Below, piece after piece: positions 10,525-20,336 of a DNA stretch of 64,000 nt; positions within the stretch are counted from its first letter, which is position 1; each line of letters opens with the position of its first letter. Source of the DNA: Porticoccaceae bacterium (GTDB taxonomy: Bacteria > Bacteroidota > Bacteroidia > Flavobacteriales > Flavobacteriaceae); the NCBI GenBank assembly GCA_047635475.1, contig JBLIKQ010000001.1:7818-71817 (forward strand), in the 5' to 3' direction. The notes below the pieces were generated by a model that had not been told where the DNA came from, made no database searches, and saw only the letters and a program-made list of their open reading frames with translations. The translations under genes and the position numbers were made by a program.

Positions 10525-10756
10525 TTTATCCTTTTCTTTAATCAAAGTGCGAAAGTAAGGAATTTTCAATAATTAATCACGATTTTCAAGAATTGACATG
10601 GTTTTTTGTTGACTGGTGATTTTCAAGTAATTTAAAAACAAGAATGAGTCGATCTGCGTACTTTTTAAACTGTACGATAAAAGTATCTATTGGGTCAAAA
10701 TCATTAGGGTTCGCATTCATTTTTCTTACGCCATCTTTAAAGCGGACCTTCTTTTT

Positions 10757-11470
10757 TCAAGAAAAAACTTCCTTTAGTACGTCAAGCGATTTCGGTTTTT
10801 TGAAGCCGTCAAGATGAAAACTATAGTAGTCAATCAGAATTTTTAGAATAATCTGCCTTTCAATGACATGGAAGATTTTCTGGTCATTATCGAATTTTAA
10901 ACTAATGAGTTTTCTAAACAAATTCGTTTCGTGCTCAGTTAGTGAACTTATGGCATGAAACGGGCTAAAGACACCTTCTGTCATTTCGAAAAAAGACATG
11001 TCTAAATCAGAAACATCTGGATAAAACCCAAGATATTTGGTAATTTCCAGTAATAAAATCAGATGGAAATTAGCTATTTCGTCATGATGGTCTAACCAAA
11101 GAAAAGCCGTTTCCAGAAAGCTAAAAAGAGATTCATTTTTTTCCTCCTCCTGTATCGAATGATGCAATATTTCCGAAATAAACATCGCAATTGTACTCTT
11201 ATAAATATCGGAATGAATAGACTGAAATGGCGTGCTAATTTTAATTTCTTTGAAATTTTCCAGAGTTCCCTTATTTTTATGGACGGCTTCAATTTCTAGA
11301 ATAGTTAGCGGCTGAAAATAAGCGATTTTTTGATTGGATTTCCTGCCAGAAAAGGCATCCCTAACAAAGTAGGATTTCAAACCATGCGATTGGGTAAAAC
11401 ATTTCACAATCAAGCTTTTTTCTTGAAATTTTATAGACGAAATAACAATGGCTTTAGTTTTGACTTGCAT
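10757..11470 (-). CDS. recO: DNA repair protein RecO
   Basis: TKAIVISSIKFQEKSLIVKCFT OB-fold start, LGFYP, KSLDVLKEVF. Confidence 0.92.
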   Translation of the reverse strand: MQVKTKAIVISSIKFQEKSLIVKCFTQSHGLKSYFVRDAFSGRKSNQKIAYFQPLTILEIEAVHKNKGTLENFKEIKISTPFQSIHSDIYKSTIAMFISEILHHSIQEEEKNESLFSFLETAFLWLDHHDEIANFHLILLLEITKYLGFYPDVSDLDMSFFEMTEGVFSPFHAISSLTEHETNLFRKLISLKFDNDQKIFHVIERQIILKILIDYYSFHLDGFKKPKSLDVLKEVFS

Positions 11471-11471
11471 T

Positions 11472-11510
11472 TTTTAGCTGTTGGCTTTTTAAGCTTTAAG
11501 TGTTGGTTTT
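11472..11510. repeat. Degenerate ~7-nt periodic array
   Basis: TTTTAGC TGTTGGC TTTTTAAGC TTTAAGT GTTGG between porZ and recO. Confidence 0.4.
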
Positions 11511-11537
11511 TAATTTACAATACTCGGAACCTGAAAG

Positions 11538-13826
11538 CTATCTGATTATCATCACTTTTTTTACTTTGGTTTCCAGCCCGTCATTTGCCGAAATAAAAAT
11601 CATATATACTCCGGAAGCAACTTTGTATTTCCCAAAAGCATAGGTATCCCATTCAAGTGTCCCACCTTCGGAGGTAGCTTCATACACAAGATTTCCTTCA
11701 ATATCTGTGATTTTTACGTTGGCCCTATCTATCAAACCGGCGATTTTAACGCTGCCCTCATATTCCGGCCTAACAGGGTTTGGATATACGTATACTTCAC
11801 TTAAATCCTCACTGGCTTTTGTGGCAATTCCCCTAAAAGAAACCAATCCTTTATCAGTGGCGATAAAAACTTCTCCAGTTGAACTATCTATATCAATATC
11901 ATTAATGGCATTACTTGGCAAAGGAGAATTGTTGATCGTAAAGTGATACGTTGTTTCCTGACCGTTTGGAGAAAGAAGAAACAAGCCAGAGTCAGCAGTG
12001 CCGACCCATTTATTATTAGCTCCATCAACAACTATATCAGTGATGAATTGCTCATATAGTAATTCTTGAGCAAGATTATCTTCTATTATGATAATTGCAT
12101 TTGTTGTTAATTGATTTTCAGTTTGAAAATTGCCCACATTAGACAATACACGTAAACCTTTTGTGGTACCAATCCAAAGCTGATTTCTATTATCTATAGC
12201 AATTGCCCTTACATCAGAGATGGGTAAATTTCCCATGTCAGGTCCAAATGTAATTTTCTTGAATGTATTATTGCTTTCGTTAAAACCTATTACACCATCT
12301 CGATTTGTCGCCATCCATTTTGTATCATTTTTATCGATAACCATCCTACCAAAACTGTTATCCTGACTAGAATCTAATACGTTATCCATCGAAAAACTTT
12401 TCCACTGCCCGTCAGTTCCCAATACCTTTAAGCCATTTTTCACTCTGCTATTTGTTACCCATAGATTCCCTGACTTATCAAATGCAGCGCCATTTATTCT
12501 CACATCAAGATAATCTGGACCAGCAAAGGTTAAGGTTTCCAGACCACTATTGCTTTGATTAAACAAGAATGTAGGTTCATTATTTTCAATCTTTAATAAT
12601 CCTGAAAAAAAAGAACTCGCATACACAGTGTTTTCATCATTTGGGTTAATTACAATCCTACTTATTGATTTAGCCTCTAGAACTTCTTCGTAGGGAATAT
12701 TTAACCAGCCTGTTGTACTGAACTTACTTATTCCATAATTATCTAATGGATAAGGGTTATAATCTACTGTATAGTCACCAAAAACTGTCCAGAATGCAGT
12801 CGAAGTTGCTTGAAGTGCAAAAACATTGTTTCTTGAAGGACCAGATGGAGTTATGTTTTTAAAAATTGAACCTGGAGGAAGAGAAGTTGTAATCATCCCA
12901 TCCTCTTTCGTTCCAATAAAAATTGTTTCCCTTACTACTGTTGCGCAAGTGAAAGTGGGTTTACTATCTGTAATTTGATCCGTATTTATTTGACGAACAA
13001 CGGTCATTTCTTTGTTGTAAACATACACACTGTTCAAGGTCGTTACTACTAAATAATCTGCTGTAGCCCTCATATCTAAAGAAGCTTGCCCAAGAGCCTT
13101 ATATTCTAAAAAAGTATTGGAATTAGGATCATATTTATTAACTTTCGCTTCCACATTAACAGCAAACAAATCCGACCCAAAAGTTGTTATACCGGACCAT
13201 TCCCCTGTGCCAACCAAACCCCATTGCTTATAATCTACTAAGTTTTTATTACTAATAGCGGCTCTTCGTATTCCATTAATTGTGGCTGCATAAATAAATC
13301 CATTATAAACTGCCGTTTGTTTAATGCTAATTTCTGCACCATTATCTCCTATGAAATAAGTGTCCCCAAAAAGCATCGTCTCTAAATCAAATTGTACGAT
13401 TCCAAAATCACAGGAAACATAGACTATTCCATCATACTCCATGAAATGATTTACTTTTTTCATGTTTGCAGGAAGTTGCTTTTTAATGATATCAATCACG
13501 TTCAACATACTCCCGTCGGCCTCATTGACAACAATTATTAATCCATTTTCATAGCCAACAATAGACTTGTTGAATTGGGAACTATAGTAAAGTGAACTAA
13601 TAGTTTGGCCTGAAAGTCCATCTACAGTATTGGTGGTCTTTATTTGATTATTGATTGAATTCACAGAAAATAAGGCGTTTTCTGAAGCCACAAAAATTGC
13701 GTCTGATGATGATGACATATCTTTGATTTCATTATATGAAAAATAGCCCCGCCAGGACAAATTAGTCTGGCCAAAACTCATTTGAATAATCAGAAAAAGC
13801 ACCAAACTTAAAATTCTTTTAATCAT
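11538..13826 (-). CDS. porZ: T9SS accessory protein PorZ (beta-propeller plus T9SS C-terminal domain)
   Basis: Signal peptide MIKRILSLVLFL..SFGQ, WRGYFSY, propeller repeats (QLWIGT, NNKWVGT), CTD VYVYPNP..VASGVY..KKVMIIR; porZ-recO synteny. Confidence 0.85.
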   Translation of the reverse strand: MIKRILSLVLFLIIQMSFGQTNLSWRGYFSYNEIKDMSSSSDAIFVASENALFSVNSINNQIKTTNTVDGLSGQTISSLYYSSQFNKSIVGYENGLIIVVNEADGSMLNVIDIIKKQLPANMKKVNHFMEYDGIVYVSCDFGIVQFDLETMLFGDTYFIGDNGAEISIKQTAVYNGFIYAATINGIRRAAISNKNLVDYKQWGLVGTGEWSGITTFGSDLFAVNVEAKVNKYDPNSNTFLEYKALGQASLDMRATADYLVVTTLNSVYVYNKEMTVVRQINTDQITDSKPTFTCATVVRETIFIGTKEDGMITTSLPPGSIFKNITPSGPSRNNVFALQATSTAFWTVFGDYTVDYNPYPLDNYGISKFSTTGWLNIPYEEVLEAKSISRIVINPNDENTVYASSFFSGLLKIENNEPTFLFNQSNSGLETLTFAGPDYLDVRINGAAFDKSGNLWVTNSRVKNGLKVLGTDGQWKSFSMDNVLDSSQDNSFGRMVIDKNDTKWMATNRDGVIGFNESNNTFKKITFGPDMGNLPISDVRAIAIDNRNQLWIGTTKGLRVLSNVGNFQTENQLTTNAIIIIEDNLAQELLYEQFITDIVVDGANNKWVGTADSGLFLLSPNGQETTYHFTINNSPLPSNAINDIDIDSSTGEVFIATDKGLVSFRGIATKASEDLSEVYVYPNPVRPEYEGSVKIAGLIDRANVKITDIEGNLVYEATSEGGTLEWDTYAFGKYKVASGVYMIFISANDGLETKVKKVMIIR

Positions 13827-13890
13827 AATATGTTTTATTATTGGTTTACAAATGTAATAAAAACAAAAGTATCCTATTTTTGTTCTGTCC

Positions 13891-13933
13891 AAAAAAAAAG
13901 CCTTCTGTCCGAAACTTCGGCAGAAGGCTTTTT
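13891..13933 (-). terminator. gdhA intrinsic terminator
   Basis: AAAAAGCCTTCTG..CAGAAGGCTTTTT stem with a T-tract on the minus strand. Confidence 0.85.
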
Positions 13934-13950
13934 GTATATCTAAAAAAATT

Positions 13951-15294
13951 TTACACCACCCCTTGAGCAAGCATAGCATCAGCTACTTTTACAAATCCGG
14001 CGATGTTTGCACCTTTTACATAGTCAACATATCCATTAGTATCAGAACCATATTTCACACATGAGGCGTGTATAGCTAACATAATACCTTTCAATTTACC
14101 ATCAACCTCTTCAGCAGTCCAGTTTAATCTCAATGAGTTCTGAGACATTTCTAAACCTGAAGTAGCAACTCCGCCAGCATTTGAAGCTTTTCCTGGAGCG
14201 AATAATAGTTTTGCTTCTTGAAACACAATAACTGCATCAGGCATAGTTGGCATGTTAGCTCCTTCAGCCACACAAATACATCCCTGTGCCACTAAAGTTT
14301 TTGCTTCATCCCCGTTCAATTCATTTTGAGTTGCGCAAGGTAATGCGATATCACATTTCACTTCCCAAGGACGTGCTCCTGCGACATATTTTGCTTTAGG
14401 ATACTTTTTTACATACTCGCTAATTCTACCTCTTAATTCATTTTTGATCTCCATTACGTAGGCTAATTTCTCAGTATCAATACCGTCAGCATCGTAGATA
14501 TATCCAGAAGAGTCAGACATAGTTACTACTTTAGCACCTAATTGAGTTGCTTTTTCAGCAGAATACTGAGCAACGTTACCAGATCCAGAAACAACAACTG
14601 TTTTACCTGCAAAACTATCCCCCTTTGTTTCTAACATACTTTGAGCGAAGTATACGTTTCCGTAGCCTGTAGCTTCGGGTCTTATTAATGATCCCCCAAA
14701 AGAAAGTCCCTTACCCGTTAAAATTCCTGTAAATTCATTTCTCAGTCTTTTATATTGACCAAACATAAATCCTACTTCTCTTCCTCCTACACCAATATCC
14801 CCTGCAGGAACATCCGTATTTGCTCCGATATGTCTGGATAATTCTGTCATGAAACTTTGACAAAAACGCATCACTTCATTATCTGATTTCCCTTTAGGAT
14901 CAAAATCAGCTCCACCTTTTCCACCACCCATTGGCAATGTGGTTAGGCTATTTTTAAATGTTTGTTCGAAAGCTAAAAATTTCAAGATACTTAGATTCAC
15001 AGAAGGGTGAAAACGAAGTCCACCTTTGTATGGTCCAATAGCCGAATTCATTTGGATACGGAATCCTCTATTTACCTGAGTTGCTCCTTTATCATCAATC
15101 CAAGCTACACGAAACATAATGATTCGGTCAGATTCCACCATTCTTTCCAAAAGCATTTTGCCTTGGTATTTTTTGTTTTCTTCGATAAAAGGAATCACTG
15201 TTTCAGCAACTTCTAAAACTGCCTGTAAGAATTCTGGTTCGTTTGGGTTTTTTTTAGCAACCTCTTCTATAAAAGTAGTAATGCTTTGTGACAT
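13951..15294 (-). CDS. gdhA: NADP-specific glutamate dehydrogenase
   Basis: GPYKGGLRFHP, LPMGGGKGG, DVPAGDIGVG, RPEATGYG, GSGNVA. Confidence 0.97.
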   Translation of the reverse strand: MSQSITTFIEEVAKKNPNEPEFLQAVLEVAETVIPFIEENKKYQGKMLLERMVESDRIIMFRVAWIDDKGATQVNRGFRIQMNSAIGPYKGGLRFHPSVNLSILKFLAFEQTFKNSLTTLPMGGGKGGADFDPKGKSDNEVMRFCQSFMTELSRHIGANTDVPAGDIGVGGREVGFMFGQYKRLRNEFTGILTGKGLSFGGSLIRPEATGYGNVYFAQSMLETKGDSFAGKTVVVSGSGNVAQYSAEKATQLGAKVVTMSDSSGYIYDADGIDTEKLAYVMEIKNELRGRISEYVKKYPKAKYVAGARPWEVKCDIALPCATQNELNGDEAKTLVAQGCICVAEGANMPTMPDAVIVFQEAKLLFAPGKASNAGGVATSGLEMSQNSLRLNWTAEEVDGKLKGIMLAIHASCVKYGSDTNGYVDYVKGANIAGFVKVADAMLAQGVV

Positions 15295-15318
15295 GATTAT
15301 TATATTATTAACGTTTAA

Positions 15319-15330
15319 GAAAACGTTTTC
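15319..15330. promoter_or_regulatory. Palindromic putative operator GAAAACGTTTTC in the gdhA leader
   Basis: Perfect 12-bp palindrome between the -7 box and the start codon; related copies at 15454-15465 and 57057-57068. Confidence 0.55.
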
Positions 15331-15341
15331 GTTAGTACCCG

Positions 15342-15349
15342 CAAATATA
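15342..15349 (-). promoter_or_regulatory. -7 promoter box (TATATTTG) for gdhA
   Basis: TAnnTTTG consensus. Confidence 0.65.
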
Positions 15350-15541
15350 CATTATATGCGACTATTTCAAATTAATATTTAATTATATATTGCAGAATTA
15401 TCTTATTATTAATTATTCCTTAAAATCTTGGCTTTTGAACTTCCCAATTCTATAAAAACGTTGTCGTTTTCTTAAGCAAATTAATGTTTTCCTACTTATT
15501 TTTGATTTTAACTTTAATAGGGGAATGAATGATGTTTTTTA

Positions 15542-15549
15542 TATATTTG
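15542..15549 (+). promoter_or_regulatory. -7 promoter box (TATATTTG)
   Basis: TAnnTTTG consensus 25 nt upstream of ATG 15575. Confidence 0.6.
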
Positions 15550-15574
15550 TTTGTAGTCTAAATTTTACAAGAAA

Positions 15575-16378
15575 ATGCTCAGATATGCCTTTATTCTTTT
15601 ATTTGTTTTATTAGGTTTCTTAAATAATTTATTTGCGCAATTCGGCTTCTCGCATGAAGTAGGAGTTATTGCTGGACCTGTCGCATTTCAGTCGGACTAT
15701 GGAGAGCGATATAACCTTGACACCAATGCCGGAAATACAGGAATAGGAATAGGAATAATACGTTATATAAATTTTTCATACAAGCCAACATGTAATTGTT
15801 ATACTCCAGAAACCTATTTTAGCGATCATTTTAAATTAAGAAGCGAATTGTCTTTCAACAAAACCAACTTAGAGCATCTTGGAGAATGGGTTGCAACTGA
15901 TAAAACCTCAATAGCCGCAGATCAGTTGAGGGCGATGAAAGGAAACACTGCGATTACTAATATAGGTATGCAATTAGAATATTTCCCTTTTAGTATTCGT
16001 GATTTCACTTCCAGAATAGGTAGCTTGGGTCCATTCGTTAGTCTTGGAGCCCAATTCAGTTACTATAATGCCAAGGCTTATTCTACACTTGGACCATTGG
16101 GCACAGTCTTAACTACATTCCCAAAATATTTAGTCCCTAGCGACAATCATCCTTACGGTTTTTCAACCGAAGGAGGTTCCGTTTGGTCAGTTGTTTCAAG
16201 TGTTGGAACTCGATATAAATTAACGCCATTACGTGACTTGATGGTGGATTTACGTTTCCAATATTATTTTTCTAATTGGGTAGATGGCTTAAACCCTAAT
16301 CCAGTTACAGTGCCTGAAAACAGAGCTAACGACTGCTTAGTCTGGCTCAATGTTGGTTATATTTATTATATACAATAA
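15575..16378 (+). CDS. Outer-membrane beta-barrel-like protein (THC0290_0291-like family)
   Basis: Signal peptide ending AQ, HEVGVIAGPVAFQSDYGER, amphipathic strands, aromatic C-terminus GYIYYIQ. Confidence 0.7.
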   Translation: MLRYAFILLFVLLGFLNNLFAQFGFSHEVGVIAGPVAFQSDYGERYNLDTNAGNTGIGIGIIRYINFSYKPTCNCYTPETYFSDHFKLRSELSFNKTNLEHLGEWVATDKTSIAADQLRAMKGNTAITNIGMQLEYFPFSIRDFTSRIGSLGPFVSLGAQFSYYNAKAYSTLGPLGTVLTTFPKYLVPSDNHPYGFSTEGGSVWSVVSSVGTRYKLTPLRDLMVDLRFQYYFSNWVDGLNPNPVTVPENRANDCLVWLNVGYIYYIQ

Positions 16379-16461
16379 AGAAAAAACAAAAATTCCAGCT
16401 CTAAAATTATATTTGTGATTTTTTATTCATTGTGAAACATCTCCAAGGAAAGACAAATGTC

Positions 16462-17604
16462 TTATGCCAATGCTTGTTTCAAGTCTTCAATCAAGTCTTC
16501 AATATCTTCAACCCCTACACTTAAACGAACTAAATCGTCTGTAATTCCTGCTTCTTTTCTTTTGTCTTCTGGTATAGAAGCATGCGTCATTAAAGCTGGG
16601 TGATTTGCCAATGATTCGACTCCTCCTAATGATTCTGCCAAAGTAAACACTCTAAGTTTCTCTAAAAAATCAACTGAATCTTCTTTTTTACCTGACACAA
16701 AATCAAAAGAAACCATTCCGCCAAAACCACTCATTTGCTTTTTAGCAATTTCATGAAAAGGATGACTTACTAAACCTACGTAATAAACCGTTTTTACTTT
16801 AGGGTGATTATTTAAAAATTCAGCCACGTTCTCACCATTCTCACAATGCCTTTGCATTCTTAAGTGCAATGTTTTTATCCCTCTAAGAACAAGAAAACAA
16901 TCCATCGGCCCAAGCGTAGCTCCAGTAGCAAATTGTTGAAAAAGTAATTGTTTACCTAATTCGGCAGTTTTAGTGATTAAAGCTCCAGCTACTACATCAG
17001 AATGTCCTGCAAGATATTTAGTAGCCGAATGCATCACTACATCCGCCCCTAAATCTAATGGATTCTGCAAATATGGTGTTGCAAAAGTATTATCAACGGC
17101 TAACAGAATATTATTTGCCTTCGAGATTTTTGCTACAGCCGCAATATCGGCTAATTTCATTAATGGATTTGTAGGTGTTTCTACCCAAACCATTTTAGTG
17201 TTTTCATTAATTAATGATTGTACATTGTCTAAATTGTTCATGTCAACATAATGAAACTTGATTCCTGAATTATTATAGATCTTTGTAAACATTCTATAAG
17301 TACCACCGTACAAATCATCCATAGTAATGATTTCATCACCAGCTTTAAACGAACGGAACAAACAATCTATCGCAGCTAATCCAGACGAAAATGCCAAGCC
17401 TTTGGCGCCATTCTCGATACTAGCCAGCGCCCCTTCTAATGCTGTTCTAGTTGGATTAGCAGACCTACTGTAAACATAATCACCAATAGGTTTTCCTGGG
17501 CTGGTTTGTGCAAATGTAGAAGTTTGGAAAATTGCTGGCATAACCGCACCTGTTGTTGGGTCATTCTGTTGCCCACCATGTATTGTTTTAGTATTGAATT
17601 TCAT
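16462..17604 (-). CDS. Cystathionine gamma-synthase/gamma-lyase family PLP enzyme
   Basis: YSRSANPT, ETPTNP, DNTFATP, HSATKYLAGHSD, AESLGGVESL. Confidence 0.93.
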   Translation of the reverse strand: MKFNTKTIHGGQQNDPTTGAVMPAIFQTSTFAQTSPGKPIGDYVYSRSANPTRTALEGALASIENGAKGLAFSSGLAAIDCLFRSFKAGDEIITMDDLYGGTYRMFTKIYNNSGIKFHYVDMNNLDNVQSLINENTKMVWVETPTNPLMKLADIAAVAKISKANNILLAVDNTFATPYLQNPLDLGADVVMHSATKYLAGHSDVVAGALITKTAELGKQLLFQQFATGATLGPMDCFLVLRGIKTLHLRMQRHCENGENVAEFLNNHPKVKTVYYVGLVSHPFHEIAKKQMSGFGGMVSFDFVSGKKEDSVDFLEKLRVFTLAESLGGVESLANHPALMTHASIPEDKRKEAGITDDLVRLSVGVEDIEDLIEDLKQALA

Positions 17605-17700
17605 ATTTTTAAATTAATCAATTTAATAGTATTACAAACTTAGCTTTAAATTTATTTTTGGCAAGACACAAGTCTACACCTTTCTACTTAATTAACACTT

Positions 17701-18450
17701 TTGGGGCTAAAATATACTCTGCTATATGTGATATTACTCTTTTCGATGGCAGGCTGTTCAAAAGAACTGATTTTTGAAAACTAGTCTTTTCAAAAGACAA
17801 CAACGTTAGCATGTGATGAAAATTGCCACCATATCAAGGTCACTAACCCAATCGCGAACGACATTCCAATTGTAGCGGACAGCATCAACAAAAAAGTGTT
17901 TTCTGTTTTGAAGGAGCTTATTTATTTTGGCGACAAGTTCTATCCCTGCGCCGATTACAATAGACTAATAAATTCATTTATTGGATCCTATGAGCAACTT
18001 CAAAAAGAATACCCAAAAAAGGCTTTAAGTTGGGAAGCCGATATTGAAGGAAGCCTAAACTACCCGTCTGCTAGCATCCTAAATCATCAAATCAAGCACT
18101 ATACCTATAACGGTGGGACTCACGATTATCAATGGCTACGTCCTCTACTTTTTGATCCGGAAACCGGAAAATCAATCCCCAACAATCAATTGTTTAAAGA
18201 CCCGAATGATTTTAAGGCTTTCGCCGAAAAAAATTTAGAACCAACTATAACATCCCCGCAAACAAGTCGGTTAACGTACCCGCATTCTATTTGAAGACGA
18301 CAAGTTTAACTTGCCTCTCAATATATTTTTTACGGACAAAGGCTTGCTTTTGTACTACAACCCCTATGAGGCCAACTCTTACACAGATGAACCTAAAGAG
18401 TTACTATTGCTTTATAAAGAGCGGAATGATTATTTTTACTACTTAAGTAA
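17701..18450 (+). pseudogene. DUF4163/DUF3298 (RsiV/PdaC-like) lipoprotein, pseudogene
   Basis: Lipobox (FSMAG-C), premature TAG at 17782-17784, YTYNGGTH motif, a frameshift near 18230, then FEDDKFNLPLNIFFTDKGLLLYYNPYE in the next frame. Covers ORF fragments 17896-18294 and 18311-. The end coordinate is approximate. Confidence 0.8.
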
Positions 18451-18457
18451 CTTAAAA

Positions 18458-18913
18458 CTAAACAAATTTTCTAAGACTAAGAATAGATCCAATATGTATC
18501 CCTTCATGAAAACTGTTGAATACCATAGCATCTTTGGCATTTTTCAAAACAAGCCCTGTTGAAGTTGGGTATTCTTGATAGTTCACAAAAGTATTGTTAT
18601 TCAAATCAATCTCCGTTTGGTCAATCGTTTCCATAAGTAAATTATAAATCTCATCTACTTCGGCTTGTGTTGCATCTTGTTCTGGTTTTGTTCCTTTTTT
18701 ATATTTTTCTACCAGCGTGTCTGAAATTTTCATTGGCAGATCTGATAATTTGTAAACCAGCATTTGTTGTACCACAATTATATGAGCAATATTCCAAATC
18801 AAATTATTATTATGTCCCTCAGGAATAGTATTAAGTTGAGCTAAACTATATCCTTTTAAAAATTGAGATAACATTTTTCTGCTGGTTCTGGTAACGTCTA
18901 ATGATGTGTTCAT
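18458..18913 (-). CDS. DinB family protein
   Basis: NNLIWNIAH ... FHEGIH metal-binding histidines; start ATG 18913. Confidence 0.88.
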   Translation of the reverse strand: MNTSLDVTRTSRKMLSQFLKGYSLAQLNTIPEGHNNNLIWNIAHIIVVQQMLVYKLSDLPMKISDTLVEKYKKGTKPEQDATQAEVDEIYNLLMETIDQTEIDLNNNTFVNYQEYPTSTGLVLKNAKDAMVFNSFHEGIHIGSILSLRKFV

Positions 18914-18987
18914 TTTTAATTTTTTGATAAAAATAATCATTTTCAGTTCCAAATGATTTTTCTTTGCACCATTAAATTAAAATTATC

Positions 18988-19344
18988 ATGAACAAAATCT
19001 ATTACATCGCTTCTTGTGATACTTGCAGAAAAATAATAAAATCATTACCAAAAGGTAATAATCTCGTTTTTCGTGATATCAAGCAAACAGCTTTGACGGA
19101 AGAGGAATTAGAAGAAATGTATCTATTGTCAAATAGTTATGAAGTTTTGTTTAGCAAAAAAGCCCAATTGTATAAATCGATGGAATTAAAGAACAAGTCT
19201 TTGACTGAAGCCGATTATAAAAAGTATATTCTAGAACATTATACGTTTTTGAGCCGGCCGGTTTTTATCATCGATAATAAAGTTTATGTTGGTGGAACCC
19301 AACAAAACATGCTTCAAGTAATGAAAGCTTTAGGCAATGTCTAA
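18988..19344 (+). CDS. ArsC/Spx family protein
   Basis: SCDTCRK (CxxC) and FLSRPVF. Confidence 0.88.
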   Translation: MNKIYYIASCDTCRKIIKSLPKGNNLVFRDIKQTALTEEELEEMYLLSNSYEVLFSKKAQLYKSMELKNKSLTEADYKKYILEHYTFLSRPVFIIDNKVYVGGTQQNMLQVMKALGNV

Positions 19345-20230
19345 AAGGAATGTTGCGCTTTTTGGCGCTACTATTGTTTCTGTAATTTACGGCATTACAT
19401 TTACCATTGCCAAGGACGTAATGCCAGAGTATATTGATGCCTATGGTTTTATCTTATTGCGAGTAAGCGGGGCAATGCTATTGTTCTGGCTTTCCTGGTT
19501 CTTTATGCCAAAAGAAAAAATTGCTCTTAAGGATTTTCCGCGAATTATTGCTGCCGCTTTTTTTGGTGTCGCCTTTAATATGCTTACTTTTTTCAAAGGA
19601 TTGAGCCTCACTTCCCCAATTTCCGCTTCCGTGATAATGGTCACAACACCCATGATTGTATTGGTGCTATCTGCAATCATCATGAAAGAACGAATGCAGA
19701 AACGAATGGTCACGGGTATGATTCTAGGATTAGTGGGAACGGCCTTTCTTATTCTTTACGGCAGATCAATTGGTACTGCCACTAATGCAAGCTTAGGCAA
19801 TATCCTAGTTTTTGTCAATGCTGTTTCCTATGGTTTCTATTTGATAACCGTTAAGAAATTAATGGATAAATACAATGCTTTCAGCTTTGTTAAATGGATT
19901 TATCTATTTGGTTTTCTAATGGTTTTACCTTTTGGCTGGAGCCAATTTGAAGCAGTAAACTGGGCGGTAGTCCCGATGCATATTTATTGGAAAATAGGAT
20001 TTGTTGTGGTCATTTCAACCTTTATAACTTATTTGTTAAATTTACTCACCATGAAAGAATTAAAACCAACAACCGTTGCCGTTTTTATATACCTTCAGCC
20101 GTTCTTCGCTACTGTTTTTGCAATTGGCTTGGGAAAGGACGATTTGAGTTTCGTAAAAATAATTTCGGCAATCTTAATCTTTGTAGGTGTTTATATGGTT
20201 ACTCAGAAAAAAAAAGTTGCTAACAACTAA
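19337..20230 (+). CDS. DMT/EamA family transporter
   Basis: About 10 TM helices in two EamA repeats; FIYLQP motif. Confidence 0.9.
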   Translation: MSKRNVALFGATIVSVIYGITFTIAKDVMPEYIDAYGFILLRVSGAMLLFWLSWFFMPKEKIALKDFPRIIAAAFFGVAFNMLTFFKGLSLTSPISASVIMVTTPMIVLVLSAIIMKERMQKRMVTGMILGLVGTAFLILYGRSIGTATNASLGNILVFVNAVSYGFYLITVKKLMDKYNAFSFVKWIYLFGFLMVLPFGWSQFEAVNWAVVPMHIYWKIGFVVVISTFITYLLNLLTMKELKPTTVAVFIYLQPFFATVFAIGLGKDDLSFVKIISAILIFVGVYMVTQKKKVANN

Positions 20231-20309
20231 ACTAAAGCTTACTAGCAGGACATTTATATTCTTAAACACATCGGCAGCATCGAACTCTAGCCAATGAACT
20301 CTTTTTTAT

Positions 20310-20317
20310 TATCTTTG
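20310..20317 (+). promoter_or_regulatory. -7 promoter box (TATCTTTG) for yicC-gmk-nadD
   Basis: TAnnTTTG consensus. Confidence 0.6.
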
Positions 20318-20336
20318 AACTCTTTTAGAAAATTAT

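Noticed and set aside
13827-13979. N-terminal extensions of porZ (and likewise ileS, mfd, sufA, batB and the ACT gene) in the ORF track
   Set aside because: They run through terminators, promoters or neighbouring genes; downstream starts fit the family N-termini
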